Positions 29,349 through 39,662 are shown, numbered from the stretch's first letter. The stretch is 64,000 bases of DNA from an uncultured delta proteobacterium (GCA_963812015.1 CAWETI010000003.1:2080001-2144000), one strand, 5' to 3'. Made by a program: numbers and translations. Notes: a model not told the origin generated them from the sequence alone.

Positions 29349-30941
29349 TTGCCCCAGGTCTCAGCCACCCAGACGGGCACCATCGCCCGGGCCGCAGGCA
29401 CGGTCAGCGTCGCGGTGTTAGCCAGCCGGATTCTGGGGCTGGTGCGGGAACAAGTCTTTGCCGCGCTCTTTGGGGCCGGCTACGCCTTTGACGCCTTCGT
29501 CGTCGCCTTCCGGATTCCCAACCTCCTGCGGGACCTGTTTGCCGAAGGGGCCTTGAGCTCCGCCTTCGTCACGGTGTTCACCGATTACGATCAGCGCCTG
29601 GGGGCCGAGAAGACCTGGCGGCTGGCCAATAACGTGATCTTTTGCTTCACCCTGTTCCTGAGCCTGGTGGTCATGGCGGGGATGTGGTTCTCCCCGGAGA
29701 TCGTGAGGTTCATGGCCCCGGAATTCGGGGCGGTGCCAGGGAAGCTTCCCCTCACCACCCTGATGACCAGGATCATGTTCCCCTTCCTGGTGCTGGTGTC
29801 CCTGGCGGCCCTGGCCATGGGGGTCCTCAACACCAAAGGGAAATTCTTTGTCCCCTCCCTGTCCTCCAGTTTTTTCAATCTAGGCTCCATCGTCGCCGGG
29901 GTCGGCCTGAGCCTGGCGGCTCCCCGGTTAGGGATGGCCCCCATCGTCGGCATGGCCTGGGGCGCCCTGATCGGGGGTGGGTTGCAACTGGCGGTGCAGT
30001 TGCCCCTCCTGTGGCGGGTGGGATTTCGGATAAAACTCGTCCTGGACTTCAAAGAACCGGGGTTGCTGCGGGTCCTCAAGTTGATGCTGCCCGCGGTGGT
30101 GGGCCTGTCCGCTACTCAGATCAATAACTTTATCAATACGTTCTATGCCTCCAGTTGCGCCCAGGGCAGCGTTTCCTGGCTCAATTACGCTTACCGGTTG
30201 TTCCACCTGCCCATGGGCCTGTTCGGCGTAGCCCTGATGGTGGCTACCCTGCCGCTGGTCTCCCGCCACGCGGCCAATCATGACCTGCCCGCCCTCCAGG
30301 AAGCCCTGCAATCTTCCCTGTCCCTGGCCATCCTGGTTACCCTGCCCGCGGCCTGCGGCTTGATCTTTCTGGCCCAGCCCATCATTGCCCTCATTTATCA
30401 ACACGGCCTGTTCAGCGCCGTGGATACCCAGCAGACGGCCGCGGCCCTGGCGTTGTACGCCCTGGGGCTGGTGGCTTTTGCCGGGGTCAAGATCATGGTC
30501 CCGGTCTTTTATGCCCTGGATGACACCCGGATACCGGTGGTGGGCTCCTTTCTGACGGTGGGCGCCAACCTGCTCTTTATCCACCTCTTCCTTTCGCCCC
30601 TGCAACACCGGGCCATCGCCTTATCCACTTCCTTGAGCGTGATGGTAAATTTTCTCTTTCTCGCCGCGGTGCTCTATCGCAAACTGTCCGGTTTCAAGGT
30701 GGGCGGTCTCGTCCTCAAGCTCCTTAAGGTGGCCGGGGCCAGCTTGATTATGGGCCTGGCGGTATATTGGCTCTACCCCGTCGCCACCGCCTGGCTGGGA
30801 TCGGGCCTGTTGGGACGGACTTTGGGTTTGGGCGGGGTGATCGCCATAGGCCTGGGCCTCTATGTGGTTGTGGTGTCACAGTTGCGCATTCCGGAATTCC
30901 AGGAGATCGTGCGGCATGTACGAAGCAAGCTTAGCCGTTAA
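29349..30941 (+). CDS. murJ: Lipid II flippase MurJ
   Basis: SRILGLVRE, AFRIPNLLRDLFAEGALSSAF and FYALDDTRIP. Confidence 0.95.
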   Translation: MPQVSATQTGTIARAAGTVSVAVLASRILGLVREQVFAALFGAGYAFDAFVVAFRIPNLLRDLFAEGALSSAFVTVFTDYDQRLGAEKTWRLANNVIFCFTLFLSLVVMAGMWFSPEIVRFMAPEFGAVPGKLPLTTLMTRIMFPFLVLVSLAALAMGVLNTKGKFFVPSLSSSFFNLGSIVAGVGLSLAAPRLGMAPIVGMAWGALIGGGLQLAVQLPLLWRVGFRIKLVLDFKEPGLLRVLKLMLPAVVGLSATQINNFINTFYASSCAQGSVSWLNYAYRLFHLPMGLFGVALMVATLPLVSRHAANHDLPALQEALQSSLSLAILVTLPAACGLIFLAQPIIALIYQHGLFSAVDTQQTAAALALYALGLVAFAGVKIMVPVFYALDDTRIPVVGSFLTVGANLLFIHLFLSPLQHRAIALSTSLSVMVNFLFLAAVLYRKLSGFKVGGLVLKLLKVAGASLIMGLAVYWLYPVATAWLGSGLLGRTLGLGGVIAIGLGLYVVVVSQLRIPEFQEIVRHVRSKLSR

Positions 30942-31132
30942 GGGACAGGGAGGGCAGGTGGCGAACTGGACCGGGCCGCATCTGCCATTTATTATCAAAT
31001 TCTCGATTCTGGCCGATAGATTCTTTAGAACTCAGGCTGATGCGGGGAGGTGGGTCCTTGGATCGGCCCAGCCGTCAACCGTCCCGCGGGTGCGGCTGCA
31101 TGAGGCGATTTTGAGCCTAAGGAATCTAACCG

Positions 31133-32080
31133 GTGACTCGGTGTCGGAAACTATTCCGGCGGACCTTCTTTGGCGTCGTCCTGGCCCTGGGGCTTTTTGC
31201 CGTCCCGGCGGTTTCCCAGCCCGTGCATATTATCCTGCCGATAAAGTTGCCGCTGTTTCCTCTCCAGATACCGTCAGTGCCCTTAAACGAGACCGTCATC
31301 CGCATTCCCATGACCGTCTCCCGCCCCCCCGGCGTTCAGCGTCTCAACCTGGAGGCGACTCTGTACCGGCCATCCGGCCCCGGCCCGTTCCCGCTGGTGG
31401 TGCTGAGCCACGGCACCTCCCGAGACCCCTGGCAGCGAGTGGGAAGGCGTCTCCGCTATGACGCCCAGAGCTGGAAATTCGTCAGCATGGGATTCGCCGT
31501 GGTGATCCCCATGCGCCGCGGCTACGGCCATTCAGAGGGAGATTACGCCGAAGGCGATGGTCTCTGTGGGCACTCCTATTTTTATGAGGCCGGGCTGCAA
31601 TCGGCCAGGGATCTGCGGGCCACCGTGGAGTATGTGTCGACCCTCCCCGGCATTGACCCGCAACGCCTGGTGCTGGTGGGCCACTCCAGCGGCGGTTTCG
31701 CCTCGCTGATCCTGGCCAGCCAGGGATTGCCGGGGGTGCGGGGAGTAATTAATTTTGCTGGGGGGCGCGGTTCCACGGCGCACCAGAACTGTTCGCCTGA
31801 TAAGTTGATCGAGGCCTGTGGCCTGGCTGGGCGCACCACCCGGGTGCCCACCCTCTGGGTCTATTCGCAAAATGATTCGTATTTCCCTCCCCGGTTGGCC
31901 AGGGAGATGTCCGCCGCCTTCCGCCAGGCCGGAGGCTGGGTCGAATTCGTCATGCTCCCACCCTTTGCCGAAGAAGGGCATTATCTGTTCACGGACGTGC
32001 GGGGGTTGGACCTATGGACGCAGGCGGTCAACCGGTTTCTCAACGGTCTCGGGTTCCCCGGGTCGATGCCGCGACCTTAA
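31133..32080 (+). CDS. Secreted dienelactone hydrolase-like alpha/beta hydrolase
   Basis: GPFPLVVLSHG, RRGYG, nucleophile motif GHSSGG, ND and GH. Confidence 0.85.
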   Translation: MTRCRKLFRRTFFGVVLALGLFAVPAVSQPVHIILPIKLPLFPLQIPSVPLNETVIRIPMTVSRPPGVQRLNLEATLYRPSGPGPFPLVVLSHGTSRDPWQRVGRRLRYDAQSWKFVSMGFAVVIPMRRGYGHSEGDYAEGDGLCGHSYFYEAGLQSARDLRATVEYVSTLPGIDPQRLVLVGHSSGGFASLILASQGLPGVRGVINFAGGRGSTAHQNCSPDKLIEACGLAGRTTRVPTLWVYSQNDSYFPPRLAREMSAAFRQAGGWVEFVMLPPFAEEGHYLFTDVRGLDLWTQAVNRFLNGLGFPGSMPRP

Positions 32081-32095
32081 GTGAGGAGGCTCTTT

Positions 32096-32743
32096 ATGGA
32101 CCCAGCCGAGAAGATCGGCCCCATCTTAAAGCTGCTGGATAAGTATTACGGGGACGCTCATGTTACCCTGGACTTCACCAATCCCCTGGAGTTGCTGGTC
32201 GCCACGGTGCTGAGCGCCCAGTGTACCGATGTCCGGGTCAACAAGGTCACCCCGGCCATCTTCAAGCAGTACCCCAGCGCGGCCCACTACGCCGACGCCG
32301 ACCTTACGGACCTGGAGCAGGCCATCTATACCACCGGCTTCTACCACCAGAAGGCCAAGAGCCTTAAAGCCCTCTGCCAGGCCCTGGTTTTGGAGTTCGG
32401 CGGCCAGGTGCCCCCTTCCCTGAATGACCTGGTGAAACTGCCGGGGATCGGCCGCAAGACGGCCAACGTCATCCTGGGCAACGCCTTCGGCATCCCGGGC
32501 CTCGTGGTGGACACCCACATGAGCCGGGTATCCCAACGCCTGGGGCTGACCCGCCAGAAAGACCCGGTAAAGATCGAGTTCGACCTGATGCCCCTGGTGC
32601 CCCAGGAGCGCTGGGTGAAATTTTCCCACCAGATGATCGCGCATGGCCGGCACGTCTGCTCCGCCAAAAAGCCCGACTGTCTTCACTGCCCCTTGCGGCC
32701 CTATTGCGATTACGGGGCCAAGGCCATGAGCCAGGCGGCTTGA
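32096..32743 (+). CDS. nth: Endonuclease III
   Basis: LSAQCTD, LPGIGRKTANV, VDTH and C-X6-C-X2-C-X5-C [4Fe-4S] motif. Confidence 0.96.
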   Translation: MDPAEKIGPILKLLDKYYGDAHVTLDFTNPLELLVATVLSAQCTDVRVNKVTPAIFKQYPSAAHYADADLTDLEQAIYTTGFYHQKAKSLKALCQALVLEFGGQVPPSLNDLVKLPGIGRKTANVILGNAFGIPGLVVDTHMSRVSQRLGLTRQKDPVKIEFDLMPLVPQERWVKFSHQMIAHGRHVCSAKKPDCLHCPLRPYCDYGAKAMSQAA

Positions 32744-32803
32744 CATGCCGAGAAATTCGTGCCATAAGACGAAAAACAGCGGCTGAGAGGGAGGTCTGAA
32801 ACC

Positions 32804-33220
32804 ATGCAGAGACAATGGCGGCTCAAATTGGCGGCAGTGGTGGTGGCCATGGCGATGGCGGCTGGTTGCGCCGCAACCGTATTCATGGGGCTCGGGGGTC
32901 TGACAGCGCTGGGGTCGTATAAATGGGTGGAAGGCACCATGGAAAAAGACTACCCCCGGCCCATGCAGGAAACCTTCAACGCTTGCCTGGAAGCCGCGAG
33001 AAAGCTGAACCTAAACGTTACCGGTCAGCAGTATACCCCGGCGCAATCCAGGATCGATGCGGTGACCCAGGACAACACCGCGGTCAAAGTGGAGTTGGGC
33101 TCCCGGCCCAACGAGATCACCACCGTCAAGATCCGCTTCGGCATGATGGGCAACGCCGACTGGTCCGCCTATTACCACCGCCAGATCATGCGAATTTTGC
33201 GCATCCCGGACCAGCCGTAA
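32804..33220 (+). CDS. DUF3568-like lipoprotein
   Basis: Lipobox AAGC; T.VKIRFG..G motif. Confidence 0.75.
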   Translation: MQRQWRLKLAAVVVAMAMAAGCAATVFMGLGGLTALGSYKWVEGTMEKDYPRPMQETFNACLEAARKLNLNVTGQQYTPAQSRIDAVTQDNTAVKVELGSRPNEITTVKIRFGMMGNADWSAYYHRQIMRILRIPDQP

Positions 33221-33294
33221 GCAAGCGCGCCGGCCATCAGGCGGGGAGTCGGGGGATGGGGTAGGCGGCTTTCCTTGTTCTCTGAAAAAGATTG

Positions 33295-33325
33295 AAGGCC
33301 GGAAGTTTCGACTTCCGGCCTTTTT
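33295..33325 (+). terminator. Intrinsic terminator
   Basis: AAGGCCGGAAGT-TTCG-ACTTCCGGCCTT followed by T run. Confidence 0.85.
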
Positions 33326-33425
33326 GGTTCATCTCATCCAGGGAGTTGGGAGGGGAGCCGTAAGGGTGGTGAGCGCATCGCCCCAACACCCCGGTCCTCC
33401 CCCTAAGAATTTATCGTCTCTCCCC

Positions 33426-34544
33426 TCACAGCAGCCGCGCGGTGCGGATGGCCTCGCAGATGGCCGGGGGCAGCTTTTTGCCGGCCAGGTTGCCCCGTCT
33501 GCCGGTGTGGGCCGGGTGCTCGGGGTTGCAGGGGTACTCGCCGCACTCCTCGCACACCAGCATGCTGCCCTTGCCGTACATGGTCCAGATAAGGTCCACG
33601 ATGTTCCGGATGCGCGCCATGTTGCCCCGCACCAGCTCCGGCATGCCCTCTACCGTCTTAAATTCCGCCGCGAACTCCGCGGCGCATTCCAGGAACCGGA
33701 AAATCTTGGCCAGGAGCGACACGGACCAGGAAAAGGCGTCGGCGATTTCTTCCGCAAAGTCCAGGGCCTTCTCCTGCCTCTCCTTCAGGAAGGCTTCGGT
33801 CTCGTCTTCCCGGATCTCCTGCATGAACAGGCTGGCCAGGGATTTGGAAACCTCGCCCACCTCTTCCAGTAGGTGGAAGGCTATTTCCTGAACGGATAAC
33901 ACTTCTATATTATTGGCAAATATCGTATTAAGCATCTCCGCCATGCCTCTCATAGAAGCGGGTTTTTTGCGGGCCCGGGTTCTCCGGGCATATTCGTGGA
34001 CGCACTCCTTGGTAAACTTCTTGAAGTTTTCGTCCCGGTACTCCACCTCCTTGCTGGCCGCCAGACAGGTGCAGTAGGGATTGGCCTTAAAAAATGCGTT
34101 GATTTCCCGCATCTTCTGGGAGATCAGGAGCGACACCGCCGCCGTGGGCTGGCAGTGGGCGTGAATCCAGCGCCCCAAGCACACCGGGCAGACCCCGGGA
34201 TACTTGAACCAGACGATATCCGAGGGGGTGGTGTTGATATAGGGGACGAGTTTCACCGCGTCGGTGGAGTTCTTGGACGGCTCTTGGGTGACCCGCCGGG
34301 CGAAGGTGAGCCACCACACCACTACCTCCCCCAGTTCCCTGGCCACCTTGTGCCAGCGATTTTTCCGCACCTCTTCGCAGACCTCGGTGGCGTGGGACAA
34401 CACGTGAATCCAGACCAGCCAGATGGGGCGGTCTTTGTCCTGGGGCCAGATGCTGCCAATGACCTGGGCGTACTCTTCGATGGACGCCTCATCGGGATTT
34501 AACAGGATATTGGTGGCCAGTGGTTCAGCCCGTAAGATATTCAT
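33426..34544 (-). CDS. Tandem-domain MazG-like (all-alpha NTP pyrophosphohydrolase) protein with Cys motifs
   Basis: C-domain HLLEEVGEVS...EEIADAFSW; N-domain SHATEVCEEVRK...ELGEVVVW; YPGVCPVC...CTC and CEECGEYPC. Confidence 0.7.
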   Translation of the reverse strand: MNILRAEPLATNILLNPDEASIEEYAQVIGSIWPQDKDRPIWLVWIHVLSHATEVCEEVRKNRWHKVARELGEVVVWWLTFARRVTQEPSKNSTDAVKLVPYINTTPSDIVWFKYPGVCPVCLGRWIHAHCQPTAAVSLLISQKMREINAFFKANPYCTCLAASKEVEYRDENFKKFTKECVHEYARRTRARKKPASMRGMAEMLNTIFANNIEVLSVQEIAFHLLEEVGEVSKSLASLFMQEIREDETEAFLKERQEKALDFAEEIADAFSWSVSLLAKIFRFLECAAEFAAEFKTVEGMPELVRGNMARIRNIVDLIWTMYGKGSMLVCEECGEYPCNPEHPAHTGRRGNLAGKKLPPAICEAIRTARLL

Positions 34545-34783
34545 TTTCAAAACCTCCTGAAGGAGTTCTCCCCTTCGTTTTTCCCTATTTTAGGAAAACC
34601 TCATTGTGTGCCTGATTATTTGGAAAATCTGCCGGTGGTGGCTAAAGGTCAGTCGATGATGCCGGACTCGGCTCCGCAAGCGTGTTTAATGCAGACTTGT
34701 GGAATATAGCATTTCTGGGCCGTCCGGTCAAGGACTCTCCCGTTAGCATTCGGTAAGAACTTGTGGTGGCCGCGGGGGTGGGC

Positions 34784-35797
34784 TCAGAATTGTTTCAGGA
34801 ACCGCAGGTCGTTATCGAAGAAGAGGCGGATGTCGTCAATTCCGTACTTCAGCATGGCGATGCGTTCGATGCCCAGCCCGAAGGCAAAGCCGGTGTAGAT
34901 TTCCGGATCGTAGCCCACGGCCTCGAACACCGCGGGGTGGACCATACCGGAGCCCAGGACCTCCAGCCAACCCGTGGCCTTGCACACCCGGCAGCCGTGG
35001 CCGCTGCACATGACGCATTCGATGTCCACTTCGGCGCTGGGTTCGGTGAAGGGAAAGTAGCTGGGGCGGAAGCGCACCCCCACCTCCGGGCCAAACATCT
35101 GGTGTACGAAGGCGGTGAGGACCCCCTTAAGGTCGGCAAAGGTCACCGCCTTATCCACCAGCAGGCCCTCCACCTGGTGAAACATGGGGGAGTGGGTGAT
35201 GTCCGAATCCCGGCGATAGACCTTCCCCGGGGCGATAATGCGCACCGGCGGCTGGCGCTGTTCCATGGTGCGGATCTGCATGGGGGAGGTGTGAGTCCGG
35301 AGCAACACCTGGTCATTGAAATAAAAGGTGTCCTGCATGTCCCGGGCCGGGTGGTCCGGAGGCAGGTTGAGGGCTTCGAAGTTGTACCAGTCCAATTCCA
35401 CCTCGGGGCCTTCCACCGCCTCAAAGCCTAAATGCAGGAAGATATCGCAGACCTCCGCCATGATGCGGTTCAACGGATGGAGCCGACCCCGGGGGAGGCG
35501 CCGCCCCGGCAGGGTGACGTCCACGGTGGCGGTGGCGGCCCGGCGGGCGGCCGCCTTCAAGGCGCCCAAGGCCTGATCCAGGGCTGCTTCCAAAGCCTCC
35601 TTGGCCCGGTTGGCTTCCTGGCCGACCTGGCGCCGGACCTCCGGGTCCAGTCCCCCGAGACTGCGCAGAACACCAGTCAGGGCCCCTTTGCGCCCCAGGT
35701 ATTTCACCCGGAGGATCTCCAGATCATCGGGGCTGCCTGCCCCCCGGATCGCCTGGAGCGCCGCGGTTTCAAGATCTTTGACTGCCTCGGAGGTCAT
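34784..35797 (-). CDS. pheS: Phenylalanine--tRNA ligase alpha subunit
   Basis: [35 protein letters not shown] and [13 protein letters not shown]. Confidence 0.97.
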   Translation of the reverse strand: MTSEAVKDLETAALQAIRGAGSPDDLEILRVKYLGRKGALTGVLRSLGGLDPEVRRQVGQEANRAKEALEAALDQALGALKAAARRAATATVDVTLPGRRLPRGRLHPLNRIMAEVCDIFLHLGFEAVEGPEVELDWYNFEALNLPPDHPARDMQDTFYFNDQVLLRTHTSPMQIRTMEQRQPPVRIIAPGKVYRRDSDITHSPMFHQVEGLLVDKAVTFADLKGVLTAFVHQMFGPEVGVRFRPSYFPFTEPSAEVDIECVMCSGHGCRVCKATGWLEVLGSGMVHPAVFEAVGYDPEIYTGFAFGLGIERIAMLKYGIDDIRLFFDNDLRFLKQF

Positions 35798-35800
35798 GAT

Positions 35801-35970
35801 CAGTAGCCAGTAGTCAGGAGCCGGATGGTCAGCGATCATAGCCAGTAATCATTGATGGGGACCGCTGGAAAAGACAGGGAGAGTTTAGGAGAACTTTTTT
35901 GCCTTTCCTGTGCAGGGGCACCGCGGAGCAGTTCATCAACTGCTAACTGGCTACTGACTACTGGCTACTG
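35801..35970. repeat. Inverted heptamer arrays with a perfect 17-bp inverted repeat spanning the rplT-pheS gap
   Basis: CAGTAGCCAGTAGTCAG (35801-35817) and CTGACTACTGGCTACTG (35954-35970). Confidence 0.85.
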
Positions 35971-36317
35971 CCACTCCGGGCGATTTCCGCCACCCGGGCG
36001 AAGCCCTGGGGGTCGACGATCGCCATGTCGGCCAGGACCTTGCGGTCCAGGTTGATCTGGGCCTTTTTCAGGCCGCCGATGAATTTGCTGTAGGACATGC
36101 CCAGGGGCCGCAGGGCGGCATTGATACGCACTATCCACAGGGCCCGGAATTCCCGCTTCCGAACCTTGCGGTCCCGGTAAGCGAAGGTCAAGGCCCGCTC
36201 TACGGCTTCTCGGGCGGAGCGATAGAGCCGGCGGCGGCCGCTGCGGAAGCCCTTGGCCATCCCCAGCCATTTATTCCGGCGCCCCCGGGAGGCGACGCTT
36301 TTCTTAACGCGTGGCAT
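35958..36317 (-). CDS. rplT: 50S ribosomal protein L20
   Basis: MPRVK...[23 protein letters not shown]...LDRKVLAD. Confidence 0.98.
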   Translation of the reverse strand: MPRVKKSVASRGRRNKWLGMAKGFRSGRRRLYRSAREAVERALTFAYRDRKVRKREFRALWIVRINAALRPLGMSYSKFIGGLKKAQINLDRKVLADMAIVDPQGFARVAEIARSGSSQ

Positions 36318-36332
36318 AACGAACTCCTAATT

Positions 36333-36530
36333 TCAGAGATAAGGCAACAGGCGCTGGAGACTCTTGGTCTCGGCCTGGGACAAGTAGGCCGCCTGGCGCA
36401 ATTGCCGCTTGCGCTTGGCGGACTTGCTGGTCAAAATGTGGCTGTGGTAGGGCTGCTTGTGCTTCAGGCGGCCGTTGCCCGTGGCCTTGAAGCGTTTGGC
36501 TGCCCCCCGATGACTCTTCATTTTCGGCAT
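36333..36530 (-). CDS. rpmI: 50S ribosomal protein L35
   Basis: [15 protein letters not shown]...[12 protein letters not shown]. Confidence 0.97.
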   Translation of the reverse strand: MPKMKSHRGAAKRFKATGNGRLKHKQPYHSHILTSKSAKRKRQLRQAAYLSQAETKSLQRLLPYL

Positions 36531-36543
36531 GGTTAACCTCACA

Positions 36544-36591
36544 TGATGCTAACACTGCCGGCCGCCAGGCAGGCGGCCGGGTAGAGTATCA
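36544..36591 (-). promoter_or_regulatory. Candidate L20-binding ribosomal leader hairpin upstream of rpmI
   Basis: TGATACT...CCGGCCGCC-TGCCT-GGCGGCCGG...AGCATCA, ending just before the rpmI SD. Confidence 0.45.
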
Positions 36592-36734
36592 GTTTCCTGA
36601 AGCTGATCTTTGATCAACGTACAAATTTATATTTTATACTCTTTTCACCGGATTTTCACAACATTTCTGCAAAAAAATCCTTTTCCCGCGCACCCGTGCG
36701 CTGGATCAGTAGTTCCCTCGGCAACGGCTCACAA

Positions 36735-37247
36735 CTACTTGGGGGTAACGATCATGGAGAGGTTCCGGCCTTCCAGCTTGGGATTCTGCTCCACGGTCCC
36801 CACATCCGCCAGGGCTTCGGCCATCAGGGTCAGAAGGCGAAAGCCGCGGTCCGTGTGGGCGATTTCCCGGCCCCGGAAAATCACCGAGATCTTGACCTTG
36901 TCGCCCTCAGCTAAAAACCGCCGGGTATTCTTCAACTTGAAGCCCATGTCGTGCTCTTCGATCTTGGGCCGGACCTTGATTTCCTTAACCTGGATCGTGG
37001 TGGCTTTACGCCGGGCTTCCTGCAGTTTCTTGCTCTGCTCGTACTTGAACTTCCCAAAATCCATGATGCGGCATACCGGCGGGGCGGCCTGGGGCGCAAC
37101 CTCCACCAGGTCCAGGTGCGCCTCCGCTGCCAGTGCTAGAGCCTCTTTGATGGGCATAACGCCGACCTGCTGCCCGTCGGCGCTGATAAGCCGCACCTCC
37201 GGCACCCTGATCTGCTCGTTAATCCTTATTCTTTGCTGCTTCTGGAT
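36735..37247 (-). CDS. infC: Translation initiation factor IF-3 (probable ATC start)
   Basis: RINEQIRVPEVRLI, DLVEVAP and PPVCRIMDFGKFKY; SD GGAGGTG is correctly spaced for ATC at 37247, not for GTG at 37256. Confidence 0.95.
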   Translation of the reverse strand: MQKQQRIRINEQIRVPEVRLISADGQQVGVMPIKEALALAAEAHLDLVEVAPQAAPPVCRIMDFGKFKYEQSKKLQEARRKATTIQVKEIKVRPKIEEHDMGFKLKNTRRFLAEGDKVKISVIFRGREIAHTDRGFRLLTLMAEALADVGTVEQNPKLEGRNLSMIVTPK

Positions 37248-37265
37248 GGCCGTCACCTCCTGGGA

Positions 37266-39185
37266 TTATGAAGATTGAGCGGGGGACGGGGTCCGGGATT
37301 CATCCTTGAGGCGCTGAATAAACGCCTCCAGGGGAACGCCCTTCAACTCCGTGCCATCCCGCAGACGGGGCGCCAGGGTGCGGTCAGCCGCTTCCCGGTC
37401 CCCCATGATAACCATATAGGGAATTTTCTGTCCCTGGGCTTCTCTGATCTTATAGCGCAAGGTTTCCTGCCGGGCATCCACTTCAACCCGCAGGTCCGCA
37501 TCCCACAGCGCCCTGGCCACCTCCTGGGCATAGGCATGCACCCGGTCGGTGATGGGCAGGAGGATGACCTGGACCGGGGCCAGCCAGACCGGGAAGGCCC
37601 CGGCGAAGTGCTCGATGAGGACTCCCATGAAGCGCTCCAGGGAGCCCAGGATCACCCGGTGCAGCATCACCGGGCGGTGGCGTTCTCCGTCCGGGCCCAC
37701 GTAGGTGAGATCGAAGCGCTCCGGCAGGGTGAAATCGCACTGAATGGTGGCGCATTGCCAGCGCCGCTGCAGGGCGTCCTTGAGCTTGATATCGATTTTG
37801 GGGCCGTAGAAGGCGCCTTCCCCGGCGCAGATGTCGTAAGGCAGCCCCCGGGTCTTGAGCGCCCCCATGAGGGCGTTGGTGGCCAGGTCCCACTCGGCAT
37901 CGGTGCCGATGGATTTTTCCGGCCGGGTGGACAGCTCCATTTCGTATTCGAAACCGAAAATCCCCATGACTTCGGCCACGAACTCCAGGACCCCCAGGAT
38001 TTCACTTTCCACCTGCTCCGGCATGCACAAGATATGGGCATCGTCCTGGGTGAACTGGCGCACCCGGGTGAGGCCGTGCAACACCCCGGAGCGCTCGTGA
38101 CGCAACACGGTGCCCAGCTCGAAGTAGCGCAGGGGCAGTTCCCGGTAACTCCGGATCTGGGATTTATAAATCAGCATGTGGGCCAGGCAGTTCATGGGCT
38201 TGATGCCGTACATCTGGCCTTCCACTTCGGTGAAATACATGTTGTCCCGGTAGTTGTCCCAATGGCCGGAGCGTTTCCACAGCTCGGCCTTGAGCATCTG
38301 GGGGCCCATGACCATCTGGTAGCCCCGTTTGAGATGCTCCCGGCGCTCGAAATTCTCGATGAGGCTCCGGAGCAGCGCGCCTTTGGGGTGGTAGATCACC
38401 ATCCCCGGCCCGGCTTCCTCTTCAATGCTGAACAGCCCCAACTCCCGGCCCAAACGGCGGTGGTCCCGGCGTTTGGCTTCCTCCAGGAGTTCCAGGTAGT
38501 GCGTCAGTTCCTCCCCGGTGGCAAAGGCCGTGCCATAGATGCGCTGCAGCATGGGCCGGCGCTCGTCCCCCCGCCAGTAAGCCCCCGAGGTGGCGGTGAG
38601 CTTGAAGGCCTTGATATACCCGGTGGAAGGGATGTGGGGCCCCCGGCAGAGATCGATGAAACTTCCCTGCTGATAGAGGCTCACCTTCTCCTGGGGTATC
38701 TCCTCCAGGAGTTCCACCTTGTAAGCTTCGCCTTCGCTCTGGAAATAGTGGATCGCCTGCTCCCGGCTCATGTCGTCCCGCCGGAAGGGCTGATCCTTGG
38801 CGGTCAACTCGGCCATCTGGGCTTCAATTTTGGCCAGGTCTTCCGGCGTAAAGGGCTCGGGCACGTCAAAGTCATAATAGAAGCCCGCTTCGATGGCCGG
38901 GCCGATGGCCACTTTGACCCCGGGAAACAGGTTTCGGACCGCCTCGGCCATCAGGTGCGCCGCGGAGTGACGCATGATCTCCAGACCCTCGGGGCTATCC
39001 AGGCGGATGGGGACGATGGTGCAATCCTGCGTGAGCGGACGGGACAGGTCCACCATGCCCCCATCGATCCTGGCCGCCACTACCTGGGCCTCGGCGGCTA
39101 CGTCCAGGGCCTGCAAGGCCTGGGCGACCGTAGCCCCTTGTTCCAGGGTAGTGGTGGGACCGTGAGCCAGCGTGACTTCGATCAT
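37266..39185 (-). CDS. thrS: Threonine--tRNA ligase
   Basis: [35 protein letters not shown] and GAFYGPKID. Confidence 0.98.
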   Translation of the reverse strand: MIEVTLAHGPTTTLEQGATVAQALQALDVAAEAQVVAARIDGGMVDLSRPLTQDCTIVPIRLDSPEGLEIMRHSAAHLMAEAVRNLFPGVKVAIGPAIEAGFYYDFDVPEPFTPEDLAKIEAQMAELTAKDQPFRRDDMSREQAIHYFQSEGEAYKVELLEEIPQEKVSLYQQGSFIDLCRGPHIPSTGYIKAFKLTATSGAYWRGDERRPMLQRIYGTAFATGEELTHYLELLEEAKRRDHRRLGRELGLFSIEEEAGPGMVIYHPKGALLRSLIENFERREHLKRGYQMVMGPQMLKAELWKRSGHWDNYRDNMYFTEVEGQMYGIKPMNCLAHMLIYKSQIRSYRELPLRYFELGTVLRHERSGVLHGLTRVRQFTQDDAHILCMPEQVESEILGVLEFVAEVMGIFGFEYEMELSTRPEKSIGTDAEWDLATNALMGALKTRGLPYDICAGEGAFYGPKIDIKLKDALQRRWQCATIQCDFTLPERFDLTYVGPDGERHRPVMLHRVILGSLERFMGVLIEHFAGAFPVWLAPVQVILLPITDRVHAYAQEVARALWDADLRVEVDARQETLRYKIREAQGQKIPYMVIMGDREAADRTLAPRLRDGTELKGVPLEAFIQRLKDESRTPSPAQSS

Positions 39186-39198
39186 GTTTCGCCTCAAT

Positions 39199-39241
39199 AA
39201 AAAAGGCATCTCGGGCGTCGCAAGGACCCCTCCCAGATGCC
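39199..39241 (-). terminator. Terminator-like hairpin directly upstream of thrS
   Basis: GGCATCT...AGATGCC stem followed by TTTTTT on the minus strand. Confidence 0.55.
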
Positions 39242-39662
39242 GTCAGATACTCAATTATGTTACATACGTTTGAAATTCAAGGGGTTGCCGTTAAATTCCT
39301 CTAGCTCGACCTCAGGGCCATCTGACAGATGCAAGTTCGCAGATTATTTCTCATAAATACCTGTGTTTGTCAAGAAATTTTCGGGGTGCGCCCAACTTAC
39401 CGGAGGCCGGGGAGCACTTGAGCGACCTCTACGCCGAGGCCAAGGCCGAGCATGAGGCCGGAGCGGCCTCCCCGGAGAAACCAAGTTATCCTGAATAGGC
39501 TGAATCTCACGGTCGGGGCGGTTGGCGGGTTTGCCGGCAGGTGTGAGCCGAAGGCCGGGGACGCTGACCCGGGGAGTTGGGGCGAAAAAAAGGTGAGTCT
39601 CTGGTTTTCCGGGGCGGCTCTCCCGGCGCCGGGCCGGCTGGGGCCGCTGCACCGGCTCCCGG

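Noticed and set aside
37275..39200. Long antisense ORFs opposite thrS (likewise opposite trpS, the aminotransferase, the sigma54 regulator and cobN)
   Set aside because: Mirror frames caused by high GC3 codon bias; the opposite strand carries clear family motifs.
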